The notes below the pieces were generated by a model, which was not told the origin of the DNA, did not search any database, and saw only the letters and a program-made list of their open reading frames with translations. This document shows positions 52,707 to 63,041 of a DNA stretch of 64,000 nt, piece by piece. Each line of letters begins with the position of its first letter. The stretch's first letter is position 1. This DNA is from an uncultured Clostridia bacterium (GTDB lineage Bacteria; Bacillota; Clostridia; TANB77; CAG-508), in NCBI GenBank assembly GCA_947627755.1, contig CANQXD010000001.1, positions 3,508 through 67,507 on the forward strand. Reading direction: 5' to 3'. Position numbers and translations under genes: made by a program.

Positions 52707-53681
52707 CTAATTTTGCTCTAAAATTTGTTGACCTTTTATTAACTTATAACTTATTAAAGTATTTCCATCTAAATTTTCTTTGTTCATGTTAATAGCAGTA
52801 ATTTGGCTATTTTCATACGTTTTATAATAGTAAATTCCTTTGTCCATATTACAGCAAGAACTATAAATAGTTATTTCATATAAATTTTCTCCCATATATA
52901 CGCAACCCCTTTGTTGGCATACACTATCTAAGATATGAAAGAATTGGCTAATGCTTTCTGATTCCGAATCACCAGAAATAGAATTCATTTTTGTAAAGGT
53001 TGCTTTTACAAATCTAGAGGCTGAAGATAAATCTCCTGGTAATCCCATAGCACCCATACCTCTACTATAAGTTTTTAAATTTAATTCTTTTGAAAAATTG
53101 TTTACAGGTGGTTTAGTTGATAAACTCATATAATTGTTTAGGTTAAACATTTGAATATCAAATGTTGGGTTGTTTGTAAGTACACCTACTGGATTTTCAT
53201 ATATTTTAAGTCCTTCTTTCACACTTTCCACTGTGATGGAAGATTCTTTATCGGCAATGATCCAATGTAATGGTGATGCTGGTAATTCTTCGCTAAAGTT
53301 GATTAAGGCTATATTGATATTTTCTAATAATTTTTTAACTTCACTAATATTTGAACATTGTGCTAATACATAAGGAATAAATTCAAATGGTGCTACATTG
53401 TTCTTGTTTTCTTGTTCTTCTTTATAGTCTGCATTTTCAGGAAAATTTAGTCCTGCCATTCCTAATCCTTTTTCATTTATTGCATCATAATAAAGTGGAT
53501 AATCATCCGATACATAAGCCATTCCTATTATGGCATAATGTTCTTTTAAATTTCCTACTTTTCTAAATTTAAATTCATAATTTCTAGGTGTTATTGTTAC
53601 TGTTTCTTTATAGGAATATTCTAAATCTAAATTCCTTCCAAAATAATGGTCCTTTGTATTATAAGTTACTGCTGTACACAT
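52707..53681 (-). CDS. cbh: Choloylglycine hydrolase family (bile salt hydrolase / penicillin V acylase, Ntn hydrolase).
   Basis: Strong similarity by recall to C. perfringens conjugated bile acid hydrolase (MCT…FGRN[LM]D[LI]EYS…, …KGIYYY.TYEN.QI.AI.MNKENLDGN). The start is set so that Cys is residue 2, as for Ntn hydrolases, rather than the upstream ATG of the ORF track. Confidence 0.85.
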   Translation of the reverse strand: MCTAVTYNTKDHYFGRNLDLEYSYKETVTITPRNYEFKFRKVGNLKEHYAIIGMAYVSDDYPLYYDAINEKGLGMAGLNFPENADYKEEQENKNNVAPFEFIPYVLAQCSNISEVKKLLENINIALINFSEELPASPLHWIIADKESSITVESVKEGLKIYENPVGVLTNNPTFDIQMFNLNNYMSLSTKPPVNNFSKELNLKTYSRGMGAMGLPGDLSSASRFVKATFTKMNSISGDSESESISQFFHILDSVCQQRGCVYMGENLYEITIYSSCCNMDKGIYYYKTYENSQITAINMNKENLDGNTLISYKLIKGQQILEQN

Positions 53682-53740
53682 ACTTTCCTTCTTTCTTTTT
53701 ATAAAATAATTTACTTTTTGTTTTTCTGATGTTACAAATA

Positions 53741-54463
53741 TCATTGTTTAAATACTTTTCCTAAACTTTCATGAATGACTAAATCTGCTCTATTATCATA
53801 AGGTGTAGAATCTCTATTGATTAGCACTAAGTTTTTACCTCTAAAATAATGAAGAAGCCCACTTGCTGGATATACTGTTAATGACGTTCCTGCTACTATT
53901 AGCATATCTGCGTTTTGTATTGCAAATATGGCATTATTCACTGTTTCGTCATCCAAACCTTCTTCATATAAAACTACATCCGGCTTTACTATTCCTCCAC
54001 AACTACATTTTGGAATTTCTTTGCCTTCAAATACATAATTTGCATCATAAAATTTGTGGCATTGCATACAATAGTTTCTTAACACGCTTCCGTGCAATTC
54101 ATATACTTTTTTTGAGCCTGCTTTTTGATGTAATCCATCTATATTTTGTGTAATTACTGCCTTTAATTTGCCTTCGTTTTCCAGTTTAACTAAGGTTTTA
54201 TGAGTAATATTTGGTTCATATTTTAAGCTATTCATTTTTTCTTTATAGAATTGATAAAATTCATCTGTATGGCTCATGAAAAAGTGATGGCTTAATATTT
54301 CTTCTGGTGGATATTTATATTTTTGATTGTATAAGCCGTCTTTACTTCTAAAGTCTGGAATTCCACTTTCTGTAGATACTCCCGCTCCTCCAAAAAATAC
54401 AATGTTATTACTTTCTTCTATTAGTTGCTTTAATAATTGTATTTTATTTATTTCTTCTTCCAT
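53741..54463 (-). CDS. cobB: NAD-dependent protein deacylase (Sir2 / CobB family).
   Basis: FFGGAGVSTESGIPDFRS and a CxxC…CxxC zinc ribbon. Confidence 0.9.
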   Translation of the reverse strand: MEEEINKIQLLKQLIEESNNIVFFGGAGVSTESGIPDFRSKDGLYNQKYKYPPEEILSHHFFMSHTDEFYQFYKEKMNSLKYEPNITHKTLVKLENEGKLKAVITQNIDGLHQKAGSKKVYELHGSVLRNYCMQCHKFYDANYVFEGKEIPKCSCGGIVKPDVVLYEEGLDDETVNNAIFAIQNADMLIVAGTSLTVYPASGLLHYFRGKNLVLINRDSTPYDNRADLVIHESLGKVFKQ

Positions 54464-54508
54464 TTTTCAAGTGCTCCTTTCTTAAGCACATTTTTTTATT
54501 TACCTATA

Positions 54509-54850
54509 TTATTTTTTTGCCTTGCCTTTTGTTAATTCATAACTTTGCATGATTAGTTCTTTTACTAATTTTTTATCGCATTTATCTCCTAATATAATGG
54601 TGTTCCAATGTTCTTTATTCATGTGATAGGCTGGTATAATATAGTTATAAGAATTTCTAAGCAAATCGGAATAATTTGGTTCTGTTTTTATGTTTAAATA
54701 TACTTGTCCTTTTACATTCATAATTAAAGCAAACCATTTTTTATTTTCTTTGTGTTTCATTGTAACAGATACATGGTCATCTGGAAAAGGATAGTCTTTA
54801 TATGTATTTTCTAATGTTAAACAATATTTTATTACTTCTTCTTTGTCCAT
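54509..54850 (-). CDS. MmcQ/YjbR-family protein.
   Basis: 113 aa with the YjbR-like sequence pattern. Confidence 0.55.
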   Translation of the reverse strand: MDKEEVIKYCLTLENTYKDYPFPDDHVSVTMKHKENKKWFALIMNVKGQVYLNIKTEPNYSDLLRNSYNYIIPAYHMNKEHWNTIILGDKCDKKLVKELIMQSYELTKGKAKK

Positions 54851-54890
54851 TTTAGTATTTCTCCATTTTTTTATTTTATTAAAATTTTCT

Positions 54891-55082
54891 TTATAGTGAT
54901 AAATGCTCTAAATTGATGATTTCTGCGCCATTTTCTATTAATTCGTTTATTATGTTATTATTATCAATAATTTCTGCTTTTGGTATTAAATTATTCATAC
55001 AAGTAAAAATGTAATAACCTAGTAATATAATTAGTAATATAAAAATGATTAATATTATTGAAATTAGATTTTTCTTTTTCAT
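54891..55082 (-). CDS. Small hydrophobic hypothetical protein.
   Basis: ORF only. Confidence 0.2.
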   Translation of the reverse strand: MKKKNLISIILIIFILLIILLGYYIFTCMNNLIPKAEIIDNNNIINELIENGAEIINLEHLSL

Positions 55083-55121
55083 TATTTCACCTCATTTATG
55101 ATTTATTTTTTCTTCTAAAAT

Positions 55122-55168
55122 TATAGCAAATAAGCAAGTGATTGTAAATACATTCACTTGCTTATAAA
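55122..55168. repeat. 47-bp direct repeat, copy 1 (tatagcaaataagcaagtgattgtaaatacattcacttgcttataaa). It contains a 10-bp perfect inverted repeat (AAGCAAGTGA-N12-TCACTTGCTT) and overlaps the rhuM stop codon.
   Basis: Identical to copy 2 at 55888-55934. Confidence 0.9.
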
Positions 55169-55668
55169 TCTAATGCCTTTGAGTAATCTCCAATTACTTT
55201 TAAAATTTCTTTTGCATCATTACCTTCTAATCTTTCGTCTATTCTATTTGCTATATCAATTAGTTTTATGGTTTTTTCTAAATATTCTAATCTTTTTTGA
55301 TTTACTGCATAACCTTTTAACATATAATCTTTTAAAATTTTATTTGCCCATTGTCTAAATATAACACCTCTATCAGATTTAACTCTATATCCAATACTTA
55401 ATATCATATCTAAATTATAGTATTCTATATCTCTAGTTACATTTCTTTCTCCTTCTTTTTGAACTGTCGCAAATTTTGCGACAGTTGGAATATCTTTTAG
55501 TTCTTCACTTAAAGCATTGTTAATATGTTTACCAATTGTCTTTATATCCCTATCAAATAATTTTGATAATTGTTGCCTATTAAGCCATACTGTTTCGTCT
55601 TTTAAATTCACCTCCAATTTTACACCTTGATTCTCAAATAAAATAATTTCATTTTTCTTTTCTTGCAT
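55162..55668 (-). CDS. RhuM-family (virulence protein RhuM-like) protein.
   Basis: LSIGYRVKSDRGVIFRQWANKILKDYMLKGY block characteristic of the RhuM family. Confidence 0.7.
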   Translation of the reverse strand: MQEKKNEIILFENQGVKLEVNLKDETVWLNRQQLSKLFDRDIKTIGKHINNALSEELKDIPTVAKFATVQKEGERNVTRDIEYYNLDMILSIGYRVKSDRGVIFRQWANKILKDYMLKGYAVNQKRLEYLEKTIKLIDIANRIDERLEGNDAKEILKVIGDYSKALDL

Positions 55669-55887
55669 AAAAACACTTCCTTTTCTTATAAATTTTAGTT
55701 TTTATTACATTTATTACTACTTATTCTAGTTTATTTATTGTTATAGAACTATTGTTTGTATTTTATAACAAAATAATTATGATGTCAACACTTTTTTATT
55801 AAATTTATGTTAATTATTTTTATGAATAAAAATTTTCAATCTTATTGCGATAAATGTTCTATAATTATTATTTTATTTTTCTACACA

Positions 55888-55934
55888 TATAGCAAATAAG
55901 CAAGTGATTGTAAATACATTCACTTGCTTATAAA
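55888..55934. repeat. 47-bp direct repeat, copy 2, identical to copy 1.
   Basis: Exact match. Confidence 0.9.
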
Positions 55935-55964
55935 ATTTTGTAATTTATCCTTTAAATAAGTAAT

Positions 55965-56582
55965 CTAATTATTGTTGTTTTGCTCGTTATTAATATTGAT
56001 AGTTTTTATCAATTCTATTGCTTCATCTGCATCTGTATCTATTAAACCATAATTTATAACTGCAATATATTTGTGCATTTTATAAAATGAAATATCACTC
56101 CAATTTTTATTTCCATCATAGTATCCAATAGTAGCTTCTTCTCCATTATTTAAAGTTATATTTTTTGTTGTTCTTCCTGTGCCACATACGCCAAATATAT
56201 TATTATAAAAATATAACATTGCATATTGATTTTCATTATTTTTATATAGTTTTAAGGCATATTGATAGACTTCATTTTTTTCATCTTTTTCTACTTCTTC
56301 ATATTGCCATTCATTTGGAATATTTAGTTCTATTTTAGTGTTTTCTATTGTTTTTGAATATTTTTTATAGTTTTCGTTATTACTTGTATTTGATTTTATA
56401 TCGTTTCCATTTAATATATTGTGTTCAGAAGGTGCATATTTCGCACCCCAAGTACTAAATACAACTTTCTCTCCGTTTTTCATTCTATCTAAGTCAATTA
56501 AATACATAATTCCTATGATGCTTAACAATATAACAATGATTATAATAATTATTTTACCTATTTTTTTATTCATACTAATCAC
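55965..56582 (-). CDS. Hypothetical secreted or membrane-anchored protein.
   Basis: N-terminal TM or signal. No family recognised. Confidence 0.3.
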   Translation of the reverse strand: MISMNKKIGKIIIIIIVILLSIIGIMYLIDLDRMKNGEKVVFSTWGAKYAPSEHNILNGNDIKSNTSNNENYKKYSKTIENTKIELNIPNEWQYEEVEKDEKNEVYQYALKLYKNNENQYAMLYFYNNIFGVCGTGRTTKNITLNNGEEATIGYYDGNKNWSDISFYKMHKYIAVINYGLIDTDADEAIELIKTININNEQNNNN

Positions 56583-56698
56583 CCATTTTAACCCTTCTAT
56601 CTTTTAGACGTTTCGTGACTGCATTTTAGTTGGTGATTTGTAAAATTTTTAGCAGATAACTATTAACTAATTATCCGCTTTATATCTTGTAATTTGTA

Positions 56699-57364
56699 CT
56701 AAAATTCATTTTCTAAAATGTGATTTAGAAATTCTACAATATCGTATTTTTTATCTTTATACAATACTTTATTGATACTTTGATTATTTATAAGCAAAAT
56801 TCCCGTTAGCATATTATACTCTACACAGCAACAATCATTTAACTTAAGCAATTTATCTTCTAGTTTTATTTTAGGTATATCATAAATCATTGCAAGCTCA
56901 CTTCCAACATTTTTTTCCTTTACTCTAAATAAATGTCCACAATACAAGCACAAATGAGTTCTATGAGGTGTGTATGCAAATTTTCCATTATCAGAATGAT
57001 AATGTTGGCAATGACTACATTTTACTATTTCTAATGGGATATTATTTAATTTTGCTAACATGATTCCTCCAAAATCTTTATAAGTTAATATACAATTATC
57101 ATATTCTAAAACCCCATTAAATTCATTACCATTTATTATTATTTTAGGTATAACGTTTTTTAAAATATTTTCATATCTAATACTAATATTGTTAATTAAA
57201 TTTGTTTTTATATTTAGTTTATTATTATATATTTCTTTATTAACACAAAGACATTCTTCTAGTTTATTTCCTAATTTATCATAAGCAAACGCTTTATGAG
57301 AAATACAATAATATTCATTTATTCCCTGTCTTGATTTTCCGATATACTTTATATTACATTTCAT
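56699..57364 (-). CDS. Hypothetical Cys/His-rich protein (probable zinc-ribbon or zinc-binding).
   Basis: Multiple CxxC/CxH pairs (CSHCQHYH…CLYCGH). Confidence 0.3.
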   Translation of the reverse strand: MKCNIKYIGKSRQGINEYYCISHKAFAYDKLGNKLEECLCVNKEIYNNKLNIKTNLINNISIRYENILKNVIPKIIINGNEFNGVLEYDNCILTYKDFGGIMLAKLNNIPLEIVKCSHCQHYHSDNGKFAYTPHRTHLCLYCGHLFRVKEKNVGSELAMIYDIPKIKLEDKLLKLNDCCCVEYNMLTGILLINNQSINKVLYKDKKYDIVEFLNHILENEF

Positions 57365-57426
57365 AGTGTATCTCCTCTACAATTTATTATTATTTTTATG
57401 TTTAAATATGATGATATAAAATATTA

Positions 57427-58515
57427 TTATTTTATTAGTTTTACTATAAATTCAATTATTTCATCTTTACTTTTTGCTTCAATAGTTCCATTATGCAATT
57501 CAATTATATCTTTAGTTATTGCTAAACCTAATCCTGCACCACCATTATTTGTTTCTCTTGATTCATCTGCTCTATAAAATTGCTCGAATATTTTATTTAA
57601 TTTATAATCTGGAATGGTTACACCTTTGTTTTGAAATTTTATTTCTATTATTTTTTCCATTTCATTTATATCTACATTTATAATTGTTTTTTCATAACTA
57701 TAACTGATTGCATTTTTTAGTAAATTTCCAAAAGCTCTGGCTAATTTATCTCCATCTGCTTTATATATTAATGAATTAGGCTTATTTACTTGTAGTTTAA
57801 GTTTTCTTTCTTCTAGCATAGGATAAAACTCATCTATTAATTGGTCAAACAATACTGATAAATCAATATTAGTTTTATTTATAGGCATATCATTTAAGTT
57901 ATATCTTGTAATTTCAAAGAATTGATTTGTAAGTTCTTCTAATCGTAAAGCTTTGTCATAAGCAATTTTTAAATATTTTTTTTGTGAATTTTTATCTTGT
58001 ATATCTGTTTCATTTAATAATGATAAATATCCTATAACAGATGTAAGTGGTGTTTTTAAATCATGAGCCATATACATTATTAAATCATTTTTCCTTTGTT
58101 CAGCTTCTTTTGCTTTATTTTTATTTGTAATATATTCATACTTTATTTTATTTAATTTATCAGAAAAAATTGATAAAGAACTTGAAAGTTCAATGTTTGT
58201 AGTATCATCATTATAAATATAATCTAATGATTGATACATTTTATTTAGTTCTTTTATCTTTTTTGAAATATATAAGATTAGCATAATAACAAATATTACT
58301 ATCATAAATAGTAATATTGCTGTATTTTTATTGTTTACACACCAAAAATAGAACTCTGGTACATTATTATGCAACAACTCTGCGATAGCATCATTTAAAA
58401 CACCATCAACAAATATAAATGTTATTATAATTGCTATAAAGTAAGAGAATAAAGCTCTTATAATCAATTCTCCCCATATTTTTAAATTTTCTATAATTAA
58501 TCTTTTATTTTTCAA
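57427..58515 (-). CDS. Sensor histidine kinase (HisKA plus HATPase_c, two N-terminal TM helices).
   Basis: H-box MAHDLKTPLTSVIGYLSLL. G-box GGAGLGLAI. Confidence 0.85.
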   Translation of the reverse strand: MKNKRLIIENLKIWGELIIRALFSYFIAIIITFIFVDGVLNDAIAELLHNNVPEFYFWCVNNKNTAILLFMIVIFVIMLILYISKKIKELNKMYQSLDYIYNDDTTNIELSSSLSIFSDKLNKIKYEYITNKNKAKEAEQRKNDLIMYMAHDLKTPLTSVIGYLSLLNETDIQDKNSQKKYLKIAYDKALRLEELTNQFFEITRYNLNDMPINKTNIDLSVLFDQLIDEFYPMLEERKLKLQVNKPNSLIYKADGDKLARAFGNLLKNAISYSYEKTIINVDINEMEKIIEIKFQNKGVTIPDYKLNKIFEQFYRADESRETNNGGAGLGLAITKDIIELHNGTIEAKSKDEIIEFIVKLIK

Positions 58516-59189
58516 TTTTATATCCTACTCCCCATACAGTTTTTATAAATTTAGGCTTTTTACTATCATCTTTCAACTTTTCTCTTATTCTTCGTATATG
58601 TACCATTACAGTATTATTATTTTCTAGGTACTTTTCTTTCCAAACCTTTTCAAATAGTTCTTCTGAACTAACCACATTTCCTTTCTTTTGTGCTAAATAT
58701 AATAGTACATCAAATTCCATTGGCGTTAATTCTATTTTCTGATCATATAACTTACAGATATGTTTATCTTGATTTATCTCTAATCCATCTATATAAATAA
58801 TGTTATCTTCTTCTTTTTCATTATATTTGGTATATCTTCTATAAGCTGATTTTACTCTGGCAACAAGTTCTAATGGATTAAAAGGTTTTGTTATATAATC
58901 ATCTGCTCCGTAATGTAAGTCCTTCTATTTTGTCTTTATCCTCAATTTTAGCAGTAAGCATTATAATTGGAAATTTTAAATCTTTCTTCCTTATGTATTT
59001 GCAAATTTCAAATCCATCTATATCTTTTATCATAACATCTAAAATTGCAAAATCTAATTTTTGACTATTAATGCAATCTATAGCATCTTTAGAATCATAA
59101 AATTTAAACACATTGTAGTTTTCATTTTTCATATATAATTCCACTAAATCTGCTATTTCTTTTTCATCATCTAATACTAAAATATTCAT
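58505..59189 (-). pseudogene. OmpR-family response regulator split by a +1 frameshift (extra C in …acattaCggagcagat…, G at plus 58910). The two ORFs are 58899-59189 (receiver) and 58505-58720 (wHTH).
   Basis: Deleting the C gives a continuous …[29 protein letters not shown]…MEFDVLLYLAQ… protein of about 228 aa. Confidence 0.75.
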
Positions 59190-59345
59190 TTTTTCTCCTC
59201 TTTCTAACTAATTATATTTTAGCATAAAATACTTTTTATTTCTATTATTAGAGAAAAATGTAAGAAAAAGTTAAGAGTTTGTTAAGTCTTTCTTAAAACA
59301 TACCTCCAATCATTTAGTTATACTAAAAAAGGATTGGAGGTATTT

Positions 59346-60123
59346 ATGAGAAAGAAACATAAGAAAAAACTAAATATAAAAAGAATTATTTTATTGATTA
59401 TTTTTATAATTTTTTTAACTATTCTTGTTAAAAATATAATATTTACTAATCATTCATTAGAGATTTTAAATAAATTATCTTTTACAACAACTGATAATAA
59501 TGGATATAAAATAATAAAACAAGATGAAAATAATAAATATTCAGGAGTTGGGCAAGAGAAAGTATCCAATAAAGATGGTTATTATACTACTTTTACTACA
59601 AATGATAAATACAAAAAAACATATATTGAATATAAACAAAATGGAGATGCTTCTTGGGCTAATAATACATATTGGAATGATTCTATGGAGAAAAGTGGGT
59701 GTGGAATTACAGCAATGGCTATTATTTTAAGTGGATATGGAAAAAAAGTTACACCTGAAGATTTAAGGCAAAAATATTATCCTGTAATTGACCATGATTC
59801 GTTAAATACAGAATTTTCTAATTCTTACGGAATAGAATCAAGTGATTTCTTTTATGACTCTGTGCATTTATCAAAAGAATATATAAAAAAACATTTACTA
59901 ACCAATAGACCTATTCTTGTCTGTGTTTGGAATAAACCTAGTAAAAATCGTTGGACAACTTCTTCTCATTATATGGTACTACTTGCTTCTGATGATGACA
60001 ATATGGTATATATTTCTAACCCAAATCGGTGGAGAAAATGATAGCAAAAGTTCTGGCTGGTATGAGTATAACGAGGTTATTCCTTACATTGCTAAAGCAT
60101 TATTTATTGAGAGTTATAAATAA
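59346..60123 (+). pseudogene. Peptidase C39-like domain protein with a +1 frameshift near the 3' end (extra C at 60027 in ccaaatCggtggag). The start is set at the ATG with a GGAGG RBS.
   Basis: SGCGITAMAIILSGYG catalytic-Cys block. Removing the C reads through to …NGGENDSKSSGWYEYNEVIPYIAKALFIESYK. Confidence 0.6.
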
Positions 60124-60154
60124 AAACAGTTTTTATTTCTGATAAATCTTTCCT

Positions 60155-61114
60155 CTATATTATAAATAAAATTATCATATATAACACATACATAGCCAAA
60201 TAAATCATTCCATTGAATCTACTCATCTCGTTTTTAGGTGGTATTATTGGAAATAATGCTAATACTATCATAGCCAATATCAATATTCCTATTTGTATAT
60301 TATAGGTAAAATTATATACTAATGTTGAAATTATAGCTGACACTCCAATTATAAGTAAAATATTGAAAATATTAGAGCCTATAATATTTCCTATTGCTAT
60401 ATCACTATTTCCTTTTATTGCTGCAGTAACACTTGTTACTAATTCTGGCAAACTTGTTCCTATTGCCAGTATTGTTAGGCTAATTATTTTTTCACTTACA
60501 TTAAACATTCTAGCTATAATAATAGCATTATCTACTGTTAAATCTCCACCTATTTTTAAACCTATAATTCCTAAAATGATTAGCACTACACTTTTTGCTA
60601 TAGATAATTGTTTTGTTTTAGTCTGAATTTCAATAATATTATTTTCTTTATCAAATTGTTCGCCTTTCTTTCCCATAACTATTGTGTACAATAAAAAAAG
60701 TATAAATAATATAATTAAAACTATTCCTTCTGTTCTTGATATTGTCCCTGAAGTATTGCAAAATATTGCAAAAATAATTGTGATAACAAGAGACATTGGC
60801 ATTTCTATTAACCTTGTTTCTCTTTGAAATTTTACAGGCTTAATAATTGTAGATAATCCTAAAATTAATAGTAAATTACACAAATTACTTCCTATTATAT
60901 TTCCAATTGCCATGTCTGATGAGCCGTTTAATGATGATGTAGAGCTTACAAATAACTCTGGCATTGAAGTTCCTATTGAAACTATTGTTAAGCCTATTAT
61001 AATTTCTGGAATATGAAATCTTTTTGCAACACTACTACTACCTTCTACTAAAAAGTCTGCTCCTTTTATAAGTAGTACAAATCCAATAATTATTAAAAGT
61101 ACTGATAATAAAAT
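60155..61114 (-). CDS. Ca2+/Na+ antiporter (CaCA family, YrbG-like). The 5' end extends in-frame beyond the ORF-track ATG but lacks a canonical start codon.
   Basis: Two Na_Ca_ex repeats with GNIIGSN motifs. The upstream in-frame IKILLSVLLIIIGFVLLIKGADFLVEGSS… is preceded by AAAGGAGG and then ATA/ATT. Confidence 0.6.
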   Translation of the reverse strand: MLLSVLLIIIGFVLLIKGADFLVEGSSSVAKRFHIPEIIIGLTIVSIGTSMPELFVSSTSSLNGSSDMAIGNIIGSNLCNLLLILGLSTIIKPVKFQRETRLIEMPMSLVITIIFAIFCNTSGTISRTEGIVLIILFILFLLYTIVMGKKGEQFDKENNIIEIQTKTKQLSIAKSVVLIILGIIGLKIGGDLTVDNAIIIARMFNVSEKIISLTILAIGTSLPELVTSVTAAIKGNSDIAIGNIIGSNIFNILLIIGVSAIISTLVYNFTYNIQIGILILAMIVLALFPIIPPKNEMSRFNGMIYLAMYVLYMIILFII

Positions 61115-61256
61115 CTTTATTCCTCCTTTACGTTTTACCTATAAAATCTTTAATTTCTTTATAAAAATCTCTATACTGCATAGACTATGTACCTATTTTA
61201 ATACATACATCACCCATTCTTTTATTTGTTATTTATATAACTTTTAAGTTGTGTAG

Positions 61257-62021
61257 CTATTCTTCAGCCATTAAGTTTGATTGTTCTATTATTTTTTCTA
61301 GTTCGTTTTGACTAGCATTTTTTATTTTGTTGAAAGATACATTCGTATAATAAACTTTAATTTTATCTTTGCAATTTTTAATATCAGTATTTTTATTTAT
61401 TATTATTTCTGATTTGAAACGAAGGTTTTCTCCGCTGTTTAATTGAGCCATAGAATCCCAAGTCTCAAAATGACTATGAATTTTATTTTGTAACAACATT
61501 TTTCCATTTATAAAAATTAGTGTTTCCTTATCTGTATTAACTTTTTGAGAATATAATGTAACTAAACTCGAACCATTAAAAGAACATATAATATTATCAT
61601 TTTCAATTTTACATTCTACTAGTCTATCATTATACTTGATATTAGTTTTTATATTTTTATATGCAATATTTATAATAAATATCAATAATAGGCAAAGAAA
61701 AATAGCAACAATTACTACTATTATTCTATTTTTTATTTTTCTGTTTTTATCAGATTCTCTTGCAATACTTATAATATTTTCATTTGCTTTTTCTTGATAT
61801 TCTTGCTCTTTTAGATGTTCTCCACTTAATAATTCATTTACACTAATGCCAAGATAATTACATAATTCAAGCATAATAGATGAGTCTGGCATTCCTCTAC
61901 CTGTTTCCCATTTTGAAATAGACTTGTAAGACATATTTAACTTTTCTGCCAATTGTACTTGTGTAAGATTTTTTTCTTTTCTACATTCTGCAATAAATTT
62001 TCCAATTTTTTCTTGATTCAT
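61257..62021 (-). CDS. XRE-family HTH regulator with TM segment and C-terminal extracytoplasmic domain.
   Basis: LTQVQLAEKLNMSYKSISKWETGRGMPD HTH. Confidence 0.8.
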   Translation of the reverse strand: MNQEKIGKFIAECRKEKNLTQVQLAEKLNMSYKSISKWETGRGMPDSSIMLELCNYLGISVNELLSGEHLKEQEYQEKANENIISIARESDKNRKIKNRIIVVIVAIFLCLLLIFIINIAYKNIKTNIKYNDRLVECKIENDNIICSFNGSSLVTLYSQKVNTDKETLIFINGKMLLQNKIHSHFETWDSMAQLNSGENLRFKSEIIINKNTDIKNCKDKIKVYYTNVSFNKIKNASQNELEKIIEQSNLMAEE

Positions 62022-62240
62022 AACTTTTCCTCCTTCAATTATAATTTGATAAAATTATAACTAAAAGATATAATACTGGTAACTCACTATTAGTAGAATA
62101 TTATAATATTTTATATACTCTACTAATAGTAGCACTCGACAATTACTATTTTATTTTTTCATATATTATCATAAAAGCAGATAATTAGCAACTAAATATC
62201 TACTCTATAACTAATTATCTGCCGTACTTATTGTAATTTA

Positions 62241-63041
62241 TTATTTTCCTACTGTTACATTTCCACAATCGCAATTTATTTTTAATGTTATTTGTGAATT
62301 TCTATTATTTTGAGATATATTTGTTTTTCCTAAATCAACATCTGCTTCTATATAAATATCATTCGTTTTATTTATATCTACATTGCCAAGATCTGCTTTA
62401 ATTGTAGAATCTTCTTGTATAGATATTGTATCAATTTCTATATTACCACAATCTGCTTTAATATCACATTTATTCAATATTTCTTTTATTTCTGTATTTC
62501 CTAAATCACATTTCACAGTTATATTTCTTATTTTTCCTAATTTGACATTTCCGCAATTGCAATCTATATCAACTATAGCATTTTCTAAATCTAACATTTC
62601 ACAATTTCCATAATCACTCTTTATTTTTATTGTTTTATTATATGTAGAAGGAATATATACTACAATATCTTTTGCTATAACTCCAAAACTAAAAAAAGTA
62701 AATTTTTGATTATTAGTATTATCAATAGATAAATTATTTTGGTTAAAATTAACATCTACATCACTTTCATTTTCTCCGTAAACAACTACTTGAATATTAT
62801 CTTCTGATGTTTCTCTAAAAATAACATTTCCTGAATCTTGTCTTATATCTATATTATTTATATCTTCTACACTATATGTTTTATCAAAAATTATGTTAGC
62901 GCTTTTCTTTGTACCGAAAAATAATATCCCCTTTATCCTTCCTGTTAAACACATTACCAAAAACATTATTAAAAAGAATATTATAATAGAAAGTAAAATT
63001 ATTAGAGTAATAATTATTCCTTTATTCTTCATTTTCTTCAT
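62241..63041 (-). CDS. DUF4097-family beta-strand-repeat (putative adhesin) protein.
   Basis: Repeated CGN[VI]xI / LGN[VT]xI beta-repeat units. N-terminal TM. Confidence 0.6.
   Translation of the reverse strand: MKKMKNKGIIITLIILLSIIIFFLIMFLVMCLTGRIKGILFFGTKKSANIIFDKTYSVEDINNIDIRQDSGNVIFRETSEDNIQVVVYGENESDVDVNFNQNNLSIDNTNNQKFTFFSFGVIAKDIVVYIPSTYNKTIKIKSDYGNCEMLDLENAIVDIDCNCGNVKLGKIRNITVKCDLGNTEIKEILNKCDIKADCGNIEIDTISIQEDSTIKADLGNVDINKTNDIYIEADVDLGKTNISQNNRNSQITLKINCDCGNVTVGK

Noticed and set aside
53682-53744. 21-codon N-terminal extension of the choloylglycine hydrolase ORF, which would overlap the sirtuin gene.
   Set aside because: Ntn hydrolases of this family begin Met-Cys. The internal ATG preceding Cys has its own AAGGA RBS, so the extension is probably not translated.
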